Source: Lama glama (Eukaryota). From it: a stretch of 64,000 bases of DNA. The notes beneath the pieces are model-generated. The model saw only the letters and a list, made by a program, of their open reading frames with translations. It made no database searches and was not told where the DNA came from. Shown piece after piece: positions 38,201-50,200 of this stretch. The stretch is taken from assembly GCA_028534125.1 (NCBI GenBank), contig CM052818.1, positions 4,466,001 to 4,530,000 on the forward strand, read 5' to 3'. Both the position numbers and the translations under genes were made by a program. Positions within the stretch are counted from its first letter, which is position 1, and each line of letters opens with the position of its first letter.

Positions 38201-41200
38201 ATTTTTATCAGAGAACATTTTAATTGCCTTTTTTATTGTGTGCCTTATTTAATATCCAAAATAGAGCGATAGAATATGGAAATCTAGAATATCATGGCTT
38301 ATAAATAGCTGCTTACATAAATAACATACCCTCTCTTCCCTCCCTTGCATCAAGATCGAAAAAGCCAAACCCATTAAATGTGGAACATTTGGTGCAACAT
38401 CTTTACAGCAGAGATACTTAGCTACTGGAGATTTTGCTGGAAACCTTCATATATGGTAAGGTTATTTTATCAGCAATAAGACACGAAATAAGCAGTTTCT
38501 TAGATTATCACTCTTGTTACACTTCCTCTGAAAGAATTCTAATTTTAAAATGTTTCTTTCCCTGTTAAATTTAAACTATTTGTAAGAATGTGACAATTAT
38601 TTTTTAATGTATATTTCTGACTTCATGCTCAAAACCCATTTGAAAATACTAACCTATTTTTCTTTAGATATTTTGGGTAATGTTACCAATATTTATTTCC
38701 ACAATGCTGTTTGGGGCTAGCATTTAATACACATACTTGTAAATAAAGGGCTATTCTCCACCTTAGAAGATACAATATATAAAAATGCTCATGTATAACT
38801 GAAAAATTAGATATTGTTTACATTTCAAGAAGAAGTTTGGCATTACAGAATGACACACTGTTTTAATTTTTAACATAGAACTTCCAATTCATTAATTTTA
38901 AAAAAATGCTTTAACATCTGAGCACAACTTTTTAGGAACACATATGTTGAGTGAATCAAGATAAACAAACTAAATAAATAATTTTGTTAAAAAAGACAAA
39001 AGTAAGTTTAAAAAAAAAAACCTGTTTTGAATGAGCAAAATCACAACTGTGCCCAGTGCCTTTAATTTTCTTGTTTTACCTAGAGTTATTTTTTCATATT
39101 TAAAGAGTTGAATGAATTGAAATTCCTCTCTAATTACTTTTCAAGAATATCTCTTAATCATTTAAAGTAAACAGTAATGGTCTAGAGGAACTGTCTTCCC
39201 TAGCTCATGTCTTCTATTGTGACCTTTCTTGAGTCTCACTTAGAATCTGCTGCTTTGTAATTAAATGACTTCGATAGACTTACCTGTCTTAGAAGCACAG
39301 TATAACACAGAATGAAGCTTTTAGTCCACCTTGCTTTAACTGCTTGATTATCAGTTTAGCATTTATATTAGATGCGTTAGTTTTTACCCTGCTATGTCAC
39401 ACACTTTCAAAGACCTTGGGAGAGAGACAAGTCTGAATGTTATTTTTTAAAAACAAATATATTTCAGCCCAAGAATATGCAACAAATACAAACTGTTGAC
39501 TATTTTCCTAATAGAGCTTCCCAGTACAGCACAGGTGTTACTGTCTTATTTTCATTGGTAAGTCTTACAATTTCACATTAAAAGAAGTGATATTTCAAAG
39601 TCTGTGACAACAGTCAAATAGTTATTTTAAGTAGAACCTCAGTCCTGTTTAGTCTCTTGATGCTTTCACAATTATACTGCAAAGATAAACATCATCTCTA
39701 AGCTAGGGTGAATTTCTCAAATTTTGGTTTGAGAGATTTTACTAATAAATCTGGGCCCAGCAATAAATTGGGATCACATGTCATAAAGAAGTACATTCAT
39801 TAAGAAGAGAAAGTGTAAGTTATTAAAAACTGACTTGTTAAAGAGAAATGTGGATAGAGGCTCCAACAGAAAAGCCAAAGGGGGTGGGAGAGGATGAAGG
39901 GAGGAAAGAAAAGCATTTATTAGCATAACCTACCTGAGCCATTCACACAGCCACACACAGGAGTCGGTATTTCCTGCATTCCCTTCATGTAACTGACCTA
40001 GAATTAGACAAACTTCAGCCAGTTTGACTGTTAAACATTTATTGTGTCCAGCATGAGGATAAACTAAAAAAAAGTAACTGGATGAAAATTAGTCTGGAGT
40101 TCAGTGAGAAAATAATACGTTATTAAGGAAGAATTGTATACAGAGCAAACACTACTCATATTTTATCCCTCAAAAGATGCCAAGATCAAACTGCCAAGGC
40201 TGACTTTGGGAATGTTCCACATCACTTTGAACTTGCTCTCTGCCTAAAGCAGTGACTACCAGACCTCAGTGGGCCAGAGTCAGCAGGCTTGGGGCCCCAT
40301 CCCGGAGACACGTAGGCATTATGTCTGGGGAGGAGCCCCTGAACCTGCGCTCACTGACAAGCGCCCCTGCTGATCACGTGCGGAGGCCCCAGGTAATCGG
40401 TCCTCTTTGAGGCCCACTGAGTGAAGTGGGCTCAGGAGTTAGAACTCCAAGTTGAATGATGACAGCTCTCGTTGGGGGCTGAAAGAAGCTAAAGTCCATG
40501 GAGAGGAAAGTTTGGAAGTAAACGTATAAATGACCTTAGTTGCAGAACCCTTATTTGTAAACAAAAATCTCCATATGCCACGCATTCTTAAATTTGAGTT
40601 GCGTACTAATCACTTGGGACACGTGTAAGTAAGAAACTGTTCTGTTGTTTAGGAATTTGGAAGCTCCAGAGATCCCAGTCTATTCTGTAAAGGGCCATAA
40701 GGAAATTATAAATACTATAGATGGTGTAGGTGGACTGGGAATCGGGGAAGGAGCACCTGAAATTGTGACTGGCAGCCGAGATGGTGAGTCAGAATATTCC
40801 GTGTATTTTGAATTTTTTTTAGATTAAGTTTCTGTGCAACAGTGTTTTCTCTCTATGTGGAAATCTTCCTCAGTGCTTGCTCCCCGAAACCTAACATTCT
40901 GGCTTTTTGACAGGTATGCTTGACTGCATGTCCCTCAACCGCATCAGACTTTGGGGTATTTCGAGCTAGAGGCGTAGCACTTACTGCTTTTATTTTGAGC
41001 TGGGTCAACTATTAACAGCCATAGTTTCCTGTGAACCTTGAGGATTTAAAGTTTCTCTACAGGTTTTTGAGACAGCTGATGATATCATGTAGGTGGCAGC
41101 TTTCATTTTCTTTTTTTAAAAAGCAGAATGAGTACTTGAGAAAATTATCTTATTGGCAGCTGGTTGAACAGTGAAGTTCTGTGGTCTTTCCGCTGAGAAA

Positions 41201-44200
41201 TGTGCACGATGTTCCAAGATCACCAATTTTGCCTTTCCCGACGGCAGTAATTAACAAAGGACAGGTCTTTGGTGTCCAGTCGCTGTTCGGAATGACTGTA
41301 GCAGAGTCAGAATTTTTGTTGCTTCGCAGGGGATGCATAAGTGATCTGGAACCTATTAATGGTTTGCCTAGTTTTTTAATGGCCGCTCAAAACCATGTGG
41401 GAATTGTTTTAAAAGAAAAGTGGGATTTAATTTTAATTAGTCAAGAGCAGCTGTGTTTTGGAAATCAAACATTTTTTCCAATCGTAAAAACAATATGGAA
41501 TATAGAAGGAAAAATAACACTCCGTCTACCACACCAGCATGTCTGTTAGGTTTGTTTTCCTTTCCAAGCTTAGATACAATTTGACATGTGTTATCAGTGT
41601 TAACATGATTTTGTTTCCTAACTTTTTCCTTTAATGTTTCGCTGTGTGTAAACACTGCTGTTTCTGTGTGGTTTTCATAATTACCATTTAAATTACTGTA
41701 TAATATTCCACCCCATGGATGTCTCACAGTGTCTCTAACCATGCCTCTGTTAATAAGCCTTCAGTTTTTGTTTATTATTTTGGGAGAGTGACTTAAAAAT
41801 AATGAAGAAGTAAGTATCATCACGTATGGAACTTTTTTTGGAATAACCATCCTTTATCATTTAAAAAAGTTGTCAAACTTTCCAAAGTACCTATTTACCT
41901 TACAAGCTACAGTAGATGAGGTGGATTTCCAGTCTACCCTACCAGCTTTCATTCCTTCCCCCCGCCCCGCTAATTTTATAGATAAAAATAATATTCTGTT
42001 CCAATTTGTGTTTCTATATTTACTAGTTAATTTTGCTTTGTGAATCGTCTGTTTATGTTCTTGGCTCATTTAACTATTACAAACTTAACATGAATGTTAA
42101 TTTGTATGAACCCTGTTGGATAATATAATAACTCTTGTCACATTTGTAGGAAATTTATTTCTCCTTGAAGCGGCCGTTTTAATGACCAGTTTTGTTTTAT
42201 CCTTGGCAATAAACCTAGTGGAATATCTCATCTCCTCATTTCCTGCATTTATTATCCTTTTTAAGGATTTTTGTACCCTTTCCCTATTCTCTCTTAGGTA
42301 CTTGCTTTTTAGCCATTTTATTCCATGTCTTTGTGTTTCTCAAGAGTCAGTGACACTAGTTAGTAGTTCTGTAATTTGCATTAAAAATGAGGGCATTGAA
42401 ATTAAATTGAGAAGAATTATTTATTACTTTTATTAAATCTTTCCCTCTTCTCTAGTGCCATGGGAAAGTTAAACTTAATAGTATATGAAATGGTATTCTG
42501 AACCCCATATAATAAATCATAGGTGTTAAAATTATTCATCTGTAAAAGAAAAATGCCAATGATTATATGGGTAGAAAGGAAAAAACATTAAAATGGCACT
42601 ATTTATTTATTCTAAATAAATAGTACATTGGTTTTAGGCTTAAGCCAAGAAAATAAGGCACAATTTGAATCCCATAACATTCGTGTTTGCCTTGTCCAGC
42701 ATACCTTGTTGTGACTTGGGAACAGGTGTTGGCTTTTAAGTGTACCGATTAATTTGGAAGTAATGTCGGACAGTAACATGGGTTCTATCTCTGATATTAA
42801 GTACAGCTTGCCCAATTAGAAGTCAGAGACATGCAAATATTTTTCAGATAGAACATCTGTAATATCTCCATGTACATAGAAAGCCGTATGAAGAGAATGC
42901 AGGAAAGAAATGTCATCACTCACTATTGAATTTTGCCAACTCACTCTTGTTCCTGTCAGGAACCGTGAAGGTGTGGGACCCGAGGCAAAAAGATGATCCT
43001 GTTGCTAATATGGAACCAGTACAAGGAGAAAACAGGAGAGACTGCTGGACCGTGGCATTTGGTAAATTACCGAACAACTCTTGCATTTGAAGTATCAGAT
43101 TGTAGAAAGCGCAGGTCTTCAAGAAAGTCCAGTTAGGTCTTTGTGATCTGTTCTGTGGGTTATGCTGACAGTTTTTGAGGCAAATAGACTTGATGATTCA
43201 TGGCAGCCTCTGGGGCTTGGGTTTGAATCCTCACTGTGCTACTTACTGGCTGTGTGACCTTGGGCAAGTTACCCAGCTTCTCTGTTTTTTGGTTGCTTCA
43301 TTTATAAAATGGAAGGAATACTAGAATGTACTCAATAGTGTTGTTATGAGGATTCAGTCAATACTTGTAAAGTGCCTAGAATTGTGCTTAGATATTAAGT
43401 GCTCAAAACTATTTGCTATTACGTACTTCTGCTTAACCTGATAATATTGACCTAGTTTAGAACCAAGTGCCATTAGTGAAACTAAATAGAGCCTCAGATG
43501 CAAATGGTACCCTGACAAACCTCACACTGTACTCTACCCAGAGTATGTTTATTTTCTAGAAAATAGTTATACCGTTACAAAATTCTTACAAATTTGATAA
43601 CTTAAAATGAATATTGATCTTGTAGGACTAATTGATGCTTGCCCTTGTATCACTTGTTGAGCACCAAAATTATAATTATTTTTGGTAATAAAAGAGATGG
43701 GCCATATTTCTTTTTAAATCTTTCTTTTTTTCCCTTTTTCTTAGTATATCCCAGTGTAGATAACAGACATTAAAAATAGGATTTAACAATGTAAGTGAAC
43801 TGTTTAGCTTCTTATGTTATTTTTAAATTGGATTGTTATTTAATCAGAGGAAAATTTTAGATTTCTAATTTTAACAATAAGTGGGGGAGTATAGCTCAGC
43901 GGTTGAGCACATGCTTAGCATACACAACGTACTGGGGTCAATAAAAATAAATAAATAAACCCCATTACCTCTCCCACCCAAATTAATTAATTAATTACTG
44001 TCCAGGAATTATGTGTGTGCAGATTATAAGCAATAATATAAACTTAAGACATGCACACTTGGGGAGAAATTTTAGAATTAGTGTTTAGAATCATCATCTA
44101 AACATTTATATAATAATTAAAAAGTACTTAACTTTGGGTCCATTAAAGGCTTTTTATCATTGATCTAAGGAACATAAGTGCAATTTTAAATATAGGACAT

Positions 44201-47200
44201 TAAATTTAAAGAAAAGACATTTATCCATTGATTTGACAGTTTTGTTTTTTTTTTTAATAAATGATAAGTATGTGCATAGCTGTGGTCATTAACAAAGGTG
44301 AAACAGACATATTCTAGCCTCAAGCAGCTTGTGGTTTTGGTCGGGAGGGTATAGCTCAGTGGTAGAGTGTGTGCTTAGCATGCACGAGGTCCTGGGTTCA
44401 ACCCCCAGTGCCTCCATTATAAAATAATAAATAAATAAATAACCCCCCCACCAAAAAAAAGAAGTTTTAATAAAGGGGACATGTTGTCTACATTAGTTAC
44501 AGTACAAGGTGGGAGTGATAAAAGACCACAGAGGATGGTAAGTGGAGAAGGAATTCCGAGGGAGAGATGACTGGAGAGGAAGAACACACTGACCTCAGAC
44601 CAAGGGTGTATAGGATTTCAACCACTGAGATTGAAGGAGAGTTCAAGCATTGGGAGGAAAGTGTGTAGAAGAAATGGTGGTCGGAATATCCTGAAAGATG
44701 GCACAGGGTCCCGGCCAGAGGTGTTTACATAGGCTGCCGGTAGTGGTAAACCTTTGCAGGCTTTTGCAAGGATGAGGTATGATGAGAGCTTTAGGAAAAC
44801 TAGACTGGTATTGTGGAGGGGGAGAGATGAGCGGCACGGGGAACACGATTCCAGAGCTCTTTGCAGTATCCCAGGAAACAGAGGTCAGAAGCAATGAGAA
44901 TACAGCCAGGGCAGGGCAGGAGAGTCCGATTCAGAAGATAATTCTGCGGCAAAATAAGTGCACCGTGGCAAGGATGAGGAACAAGGGAAAGGATTAGGTC
45001 TAAGCGGGCTGAATTTTGAGGCTGATTGTGAGGTGAGTGATGTTATTAATTGAAAAAGTGCCACAGAGAATACGATGGTTTGTAAAGGAAGATGGTGAGT
45101 AGTTTTAGACATCATGGGTTTCAGATGCTGTTGTGCCATCTTGGTGGACCTACAGTGGAAACGCAGGGCTGGAGTTTATAAGAAAGAGGGAGTTGCAGGC
45201 AGCAGAGAAGAAAGGTGTTGGGTAAGATGCCCACATCACGTGGCACAGTTACAGGGGCTTCCTTCTCAGTTCACATTTTCCTCAATAAGACGTACTCTGG
45301 AAAAAAATCCTTGGATCTGTGCAGGATGCATTTAACCGTGCATTACAGATTTACTTTGGGTGTGATCATCCACACAGATAAAAACGTATCACAGTGCGCT
45401 CCAACTTATCTGAGGTTTCCTTGCAAAGATGAGATAATATTTTGCAAAATAAATACATTTAAAGTGGTTTCTGTTTGCATTCAGTATAGCTACCGCCAAG
45501 CAGAGCTATGGAAGCATAGGTGGTATTTATTCAGCCAGACCCTGCTGTGTTTGAACTGTAGTTGGCCTGTTAGTCTTTGCAGATACAGTACAGAGAGACT
45601 ACTTGCTTTCAACTTAAAATCCAATACACACTTTGACATATCCCTTGAGTGTAGAATCTCAGCTAATGGGCTTTTGCTTTTAAACAGCCTTAGATACCAA
45701 ATCAGTGACCCCGATGTCCTGTTGGGATTGGCAAAAAGAGATTCTCCCCAGTGTGATTTCTTCATCTGCTTAGTACAAGTTACACGTTTGGTAGGTTTTT
45801 TCTTGCAGCCTTCGAATCAGCATTTATAAAGATCTGAAATGTTGTGTGTTGGTTTCCAGGCAATGCTTATAATCAGGAGGAACGTGTTGTCTGCGCTGGC
45901 TATGACAACGGAGATATCAAACTGTTTGATCTCAGAAGTATGTCATTGCGGTGGGAGACAAACATAAAAAATGGGGTAATGTACGATTGGATTCTTTTGA
46001 GTTTCTCTGAATGTATTTTCCATCTACCTCTGACCTACTACAAAAGGAAAGCGCCTCTCATAACTCACCTCAGTGAAACCCCTCAGTCGGTAGTTCTTAA
46101 CCTTTTGGGCCTGTGAAGTCCTTTGAGGATGTAATAAAAATCGGGGGTCCTCTCTTCAGAAAAGGAATACACACTCAGATGTGGTGTGACAGTGCCCGGT
46201 GAGTCACCAGCCTGTGGCCCAGCCGCGGACCCCTCCGGGCCACACAGTGTGCTAGTGGAATGAGCTAGCAAGAGGTCTGTTTCTGCTAATATTAGAAAGC
46301 CTGAAATTGTAATAGGCTCCCAGATACTTTCGGATTTTTAGTTCCTGAGTTGCACCCCTTTAGTGAAGAATGTGATCTCCTCCTGCTTTCTAAAGTCAGC
46401 CTTGACTTAACTTTATAAAATAATGACATAATAACAGTAAAAAGTTAAATTATGACTTTCCAGATGCATTTACTGGATCGGGGAACTCTAGATGGTTTTG
46501 TGGATCTTATTAACCAAGAAGAAATTTTTACCATTAAAAATATTTGATGTATTGATTTGAAAGATAAAATTATTTTTTTTAAAATGCTTTCACATGAGCT
46601 GATAATTTTAAGGTGGTTCTACTTAGTTTGAAAAAACCTCTTGAATAATAATCATCAGACCTATTCTCTGTTTTCAGGTATGTAGCTTGGAGTTTGACAG
46701 AAAAGACATAAGCATGAATAAGTTAGTGGCTACGTCCCTGGAAGGAAAGTTTCACGTTTTTGACATGAGAACACAGCACCCAACCAAAGGCTTCGCTTCT
46801 GTTTCAGAAAAGGTAAACATGAGGCAAACGCCCTTCTATGAAGCACAGTGTTCACAGCTTGTTTTGGACTAATAAATAGGATGAGTCACCAAGTTCCTGC
46901 CAGGTTTTTACATGCAGGGAGCTATTTTTAATATATTCTTGTAGGATCTTGACAAGTTTTTCTGTGCAAAGAGTACTTCCCCAACATTGATCAGTTTTAG
47001 ACTTTTTGACACTAATAAAGGCCTCAGTTGGCTCTGACACTTACTTTGAAGTGTAGACGCGATCACAAGAAAACGAGCTGATTTAGGAATTTAAGCAGCA
47101 AAACCTAGCCTAGTGTTTCCTAGGAATTTATAATATTTGTATTAATACCTAATTAGCATAATGTTAATTATATACAAATATATCTATATATACATTATGT

Positions 47201-50200
47201 CGTTTATCACATTTTACTTCATACTGCAGTGTGATATACTAAATGAGATGATTCAAGTGCTAAGCACTGTGATTGGTACATAGTAGGTACTCAGAAGTTT
47301 CTTCATTCATTCATACATACATACATATGTACGTACATACACACGTACATACATACATGCATACATACATGCATACGTTGCCTTGTTCCAAATAGTATTT
47401 GAGGTAGCTTAGAGGGAAATGTGTGGTATTACAACATTAGAAAAACTGATGAAGAAAGGGCAAATGGAAAATGAAATTGATGTCTAGAGTAAGGGGACTG
47501 GACAAAATTCATGCTGAAACATCGTGTCATTTGCAAGAGATGGGTTGGAAATGTGACTTTGAGCTTCCCTGAGTATAAAAATAAAGCAAAAGTGGAGTTG
47601 GGTAGGAGCTCAGTGGTGGAGCGCATGCTCAGCATGCACGAGGTCCTGGGTTCAACCCCTAGTACCTCCATTAAAATAAAGAGAGAGAGGGAGAGGGAGG
47701 GAGCGAGGAAGGAAGGAAGGAAATAAAAATAAAGAAAAATAAGTCCATAAAGATTAAAACATAAGTTGCTCAGGAAATAAAAATTCACTCCCTTGCTCCC
47801 TTTCCATCCATCATGGAGTCAGCAACACTTCTCAGACCTTCTGATTTTGTCTTATTTTATTATTAAAATAATTATTGTTGCATGTAAGTTACTGTCATTA
47901 CCTGGTGAACTAAATTCTTAGAGGACAGTCTGTATTTATCATAAAAACGGACACATGCCTCGTGTGCCTCTTGTTCTGTTCAGGCTCACAAGTCGACCGT
48001 GTGGCAGGTCCGGCACCTGCCGCAGAACAGGGAGCTTTTCCTGACAGCCGGGGGCGCCGGCGGCCTGCACCTCTGGAAGTAGTAAGTCTCTCCCACTGCG
48101 CGTTGCTCCTTTTTAAGTTACTTGTGGGCGTCAAGTAGGACTAGATTGAACTCTCTTAGTCTGTTTTCCCTCCTTCCACTTAGTTCATTTTGATCATGGC
48201 ATTACGTAAGTATTACTTTCTAAGCATTTTTTAAAACTAACATTTTATTTATTTCTTTATTTTTATTTTTTAACGTAAAATTTTTTATTTGGGGGAGAAC
48301 AAATTAATTTGAACACTCTGATTTCTTACACTTTCACCCAGGTCTACACTAGCAAAGAATGAAGGTTTAGTGTAATTTTCCAAATGAACCTGATAAAAGA
48401 ATCTTTAGTTTGAAATACACAGAGCCAAAAATATCTTGGGATTTGAGCATCTTCTTAAATGACACTGAAGCAAGTTCTTTATGAGTGCACTAACATATAC
48501 TCATTTTATACTTCATAAATATTAACCTCCTTTTGACACATCAAATCTGTTATTTTGTGGTGTCTTCCATATATTAGAGGAGCTCGTGAATAATTTTTTT
48601 CAGAGTTGAAGTCATGGTTTTTGCTGTTTCTTTTTTTAAAAACAGGAAAACTTTGACCAAAGGCTTCTGTGAAATATCATTTGCTCATTACTTCTCTATT
48701 TATTAGCTCCTTCTAGAAGCTAGTAGGGGTTCTGAAAAACAGGGCTACCAATTGGAAAGTACTCGTTAAAGCATTTAAGGATATAGCGGACAGAAAAACC
48801 GAGTGAGAGCTTTAGATCAGAACTGCCCAGTTTCTGTGAGTGAGAAGCAGAGGAAAGGTTTGAGGTGCTCTGGGAGAATGCCTGGTAGGTAGATCACTGG
48901 GAAATTTCCCTTTTCCTGGCAACTTTGCCTGCTGTCCTTCCCTGGTTCTTCCAACCCCAGTCTCCACGCTGCTTTCGGCTCTGCTGGTCCGCTCAGTTGA
49001 GCCCCGCAGCGGCTAATCACTGCCCTGCCTGATGGCCAGACGCTTCAGGCTGCCTACTTGAAGAACTAGGCCCAGTTTGCTGGGTAACCCACATCCGGAG
49101 CAGCAGCCCGTGTGGTGTGCAGATGTGTTCACTGCTAGATTTTTGACCACAGTGGATTTAGTCACTGTCAGTAAAGTTGGGTCTGTGTGCAGTTGGAAAT
49201 CTGAAGTTTATCTGAATATGAACTTTAATTCTGACCATAACAGATATCTAATCTACAAATTGGGCTGGAACTTTGCTGTCAAGTATTGCACCACAAAGGA
49301 GAAGTATTTATTGAGCACCCAACCAAGAGTTCTTAGAGGAACTCATCTAGTTAGTTAGAAGTTGTGGGGGATTTTGTGTTTTGAATGAATGGACAATAAG
49401 CTAATTTTGGGATGTGTGTTTGAAATACGCATATACATTCTTAAAACTTTTTTGAATTTATTTTTTATTGAAGTACAGTTGATTTATAATACTATATTAA
49501 TTTCAAGTATATAGCATTCTGATTCAGTGTTTTTATAGATTATACTCCATTAAAAGTTACCATAGGATAATCTCTGTAATTCCCTTGTTGCTTATCTATT
49601 TTGTACATAATAGTTTGTATCTCTTAATCCTATCCCCCCATCTTGCCCCTGCCCACCTTCTCTCTCTCTGGTAACCACCAGTTTATTTTCTGTATCTGTA
49701 AGTCCATTTCTGTTATGCTATTACACATTAGTTTGTTTCATTTTTTAGATTCCATACATAAGTAATATCATACATTATTTGTCTTTCTGTCTCTGATTTA
49801 TGTCATTAAGCAAAATACTCTCTCAGTCTGTCCACATTGCTGCAAATGGCAGAATTTCCCTCTTTTTTACAGCTCAGTAATACTCCATTGTGTATGGGTG
49901 TGTGTGAGCGTGTATATATCACATTTTCTTTATTCTTTTGTCTGTTGATGGACACTTGGGTTGCTTCTGTATCTTGGCTATTGTAAATAGTGTTGCTATG
50001 AACACTGGGTTGCATGTATCTTTTCAAATTAATGTTTTCATTTTTTCTGATACATACCCAGGAGTGAAACTGCTGATCATACTACAGTAGTTCTATTTTT
50101 AGTTTTTTGAGGAAACTCCACACTGTTTTCTTTAGTGGCTAAATCAATTTACATTCTCAACAGTAGTATACAAGGGTTCCCTTTTCTCCACATCCTCACC

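Noticed and set aside
44343..44416. Apparent tRNA-Ala gene (also at 43883 and 47592)
   Set aside because: Degenerate stems, followed by SINE-type tails and TSDs, with no poly-T terminator. These are SINE heads.
45215..45829. Longest ORF in the track (204 aa)
   Set aside because: Intronic, non-ATG start, no recognisable domain or codon pattern; most likely chance.
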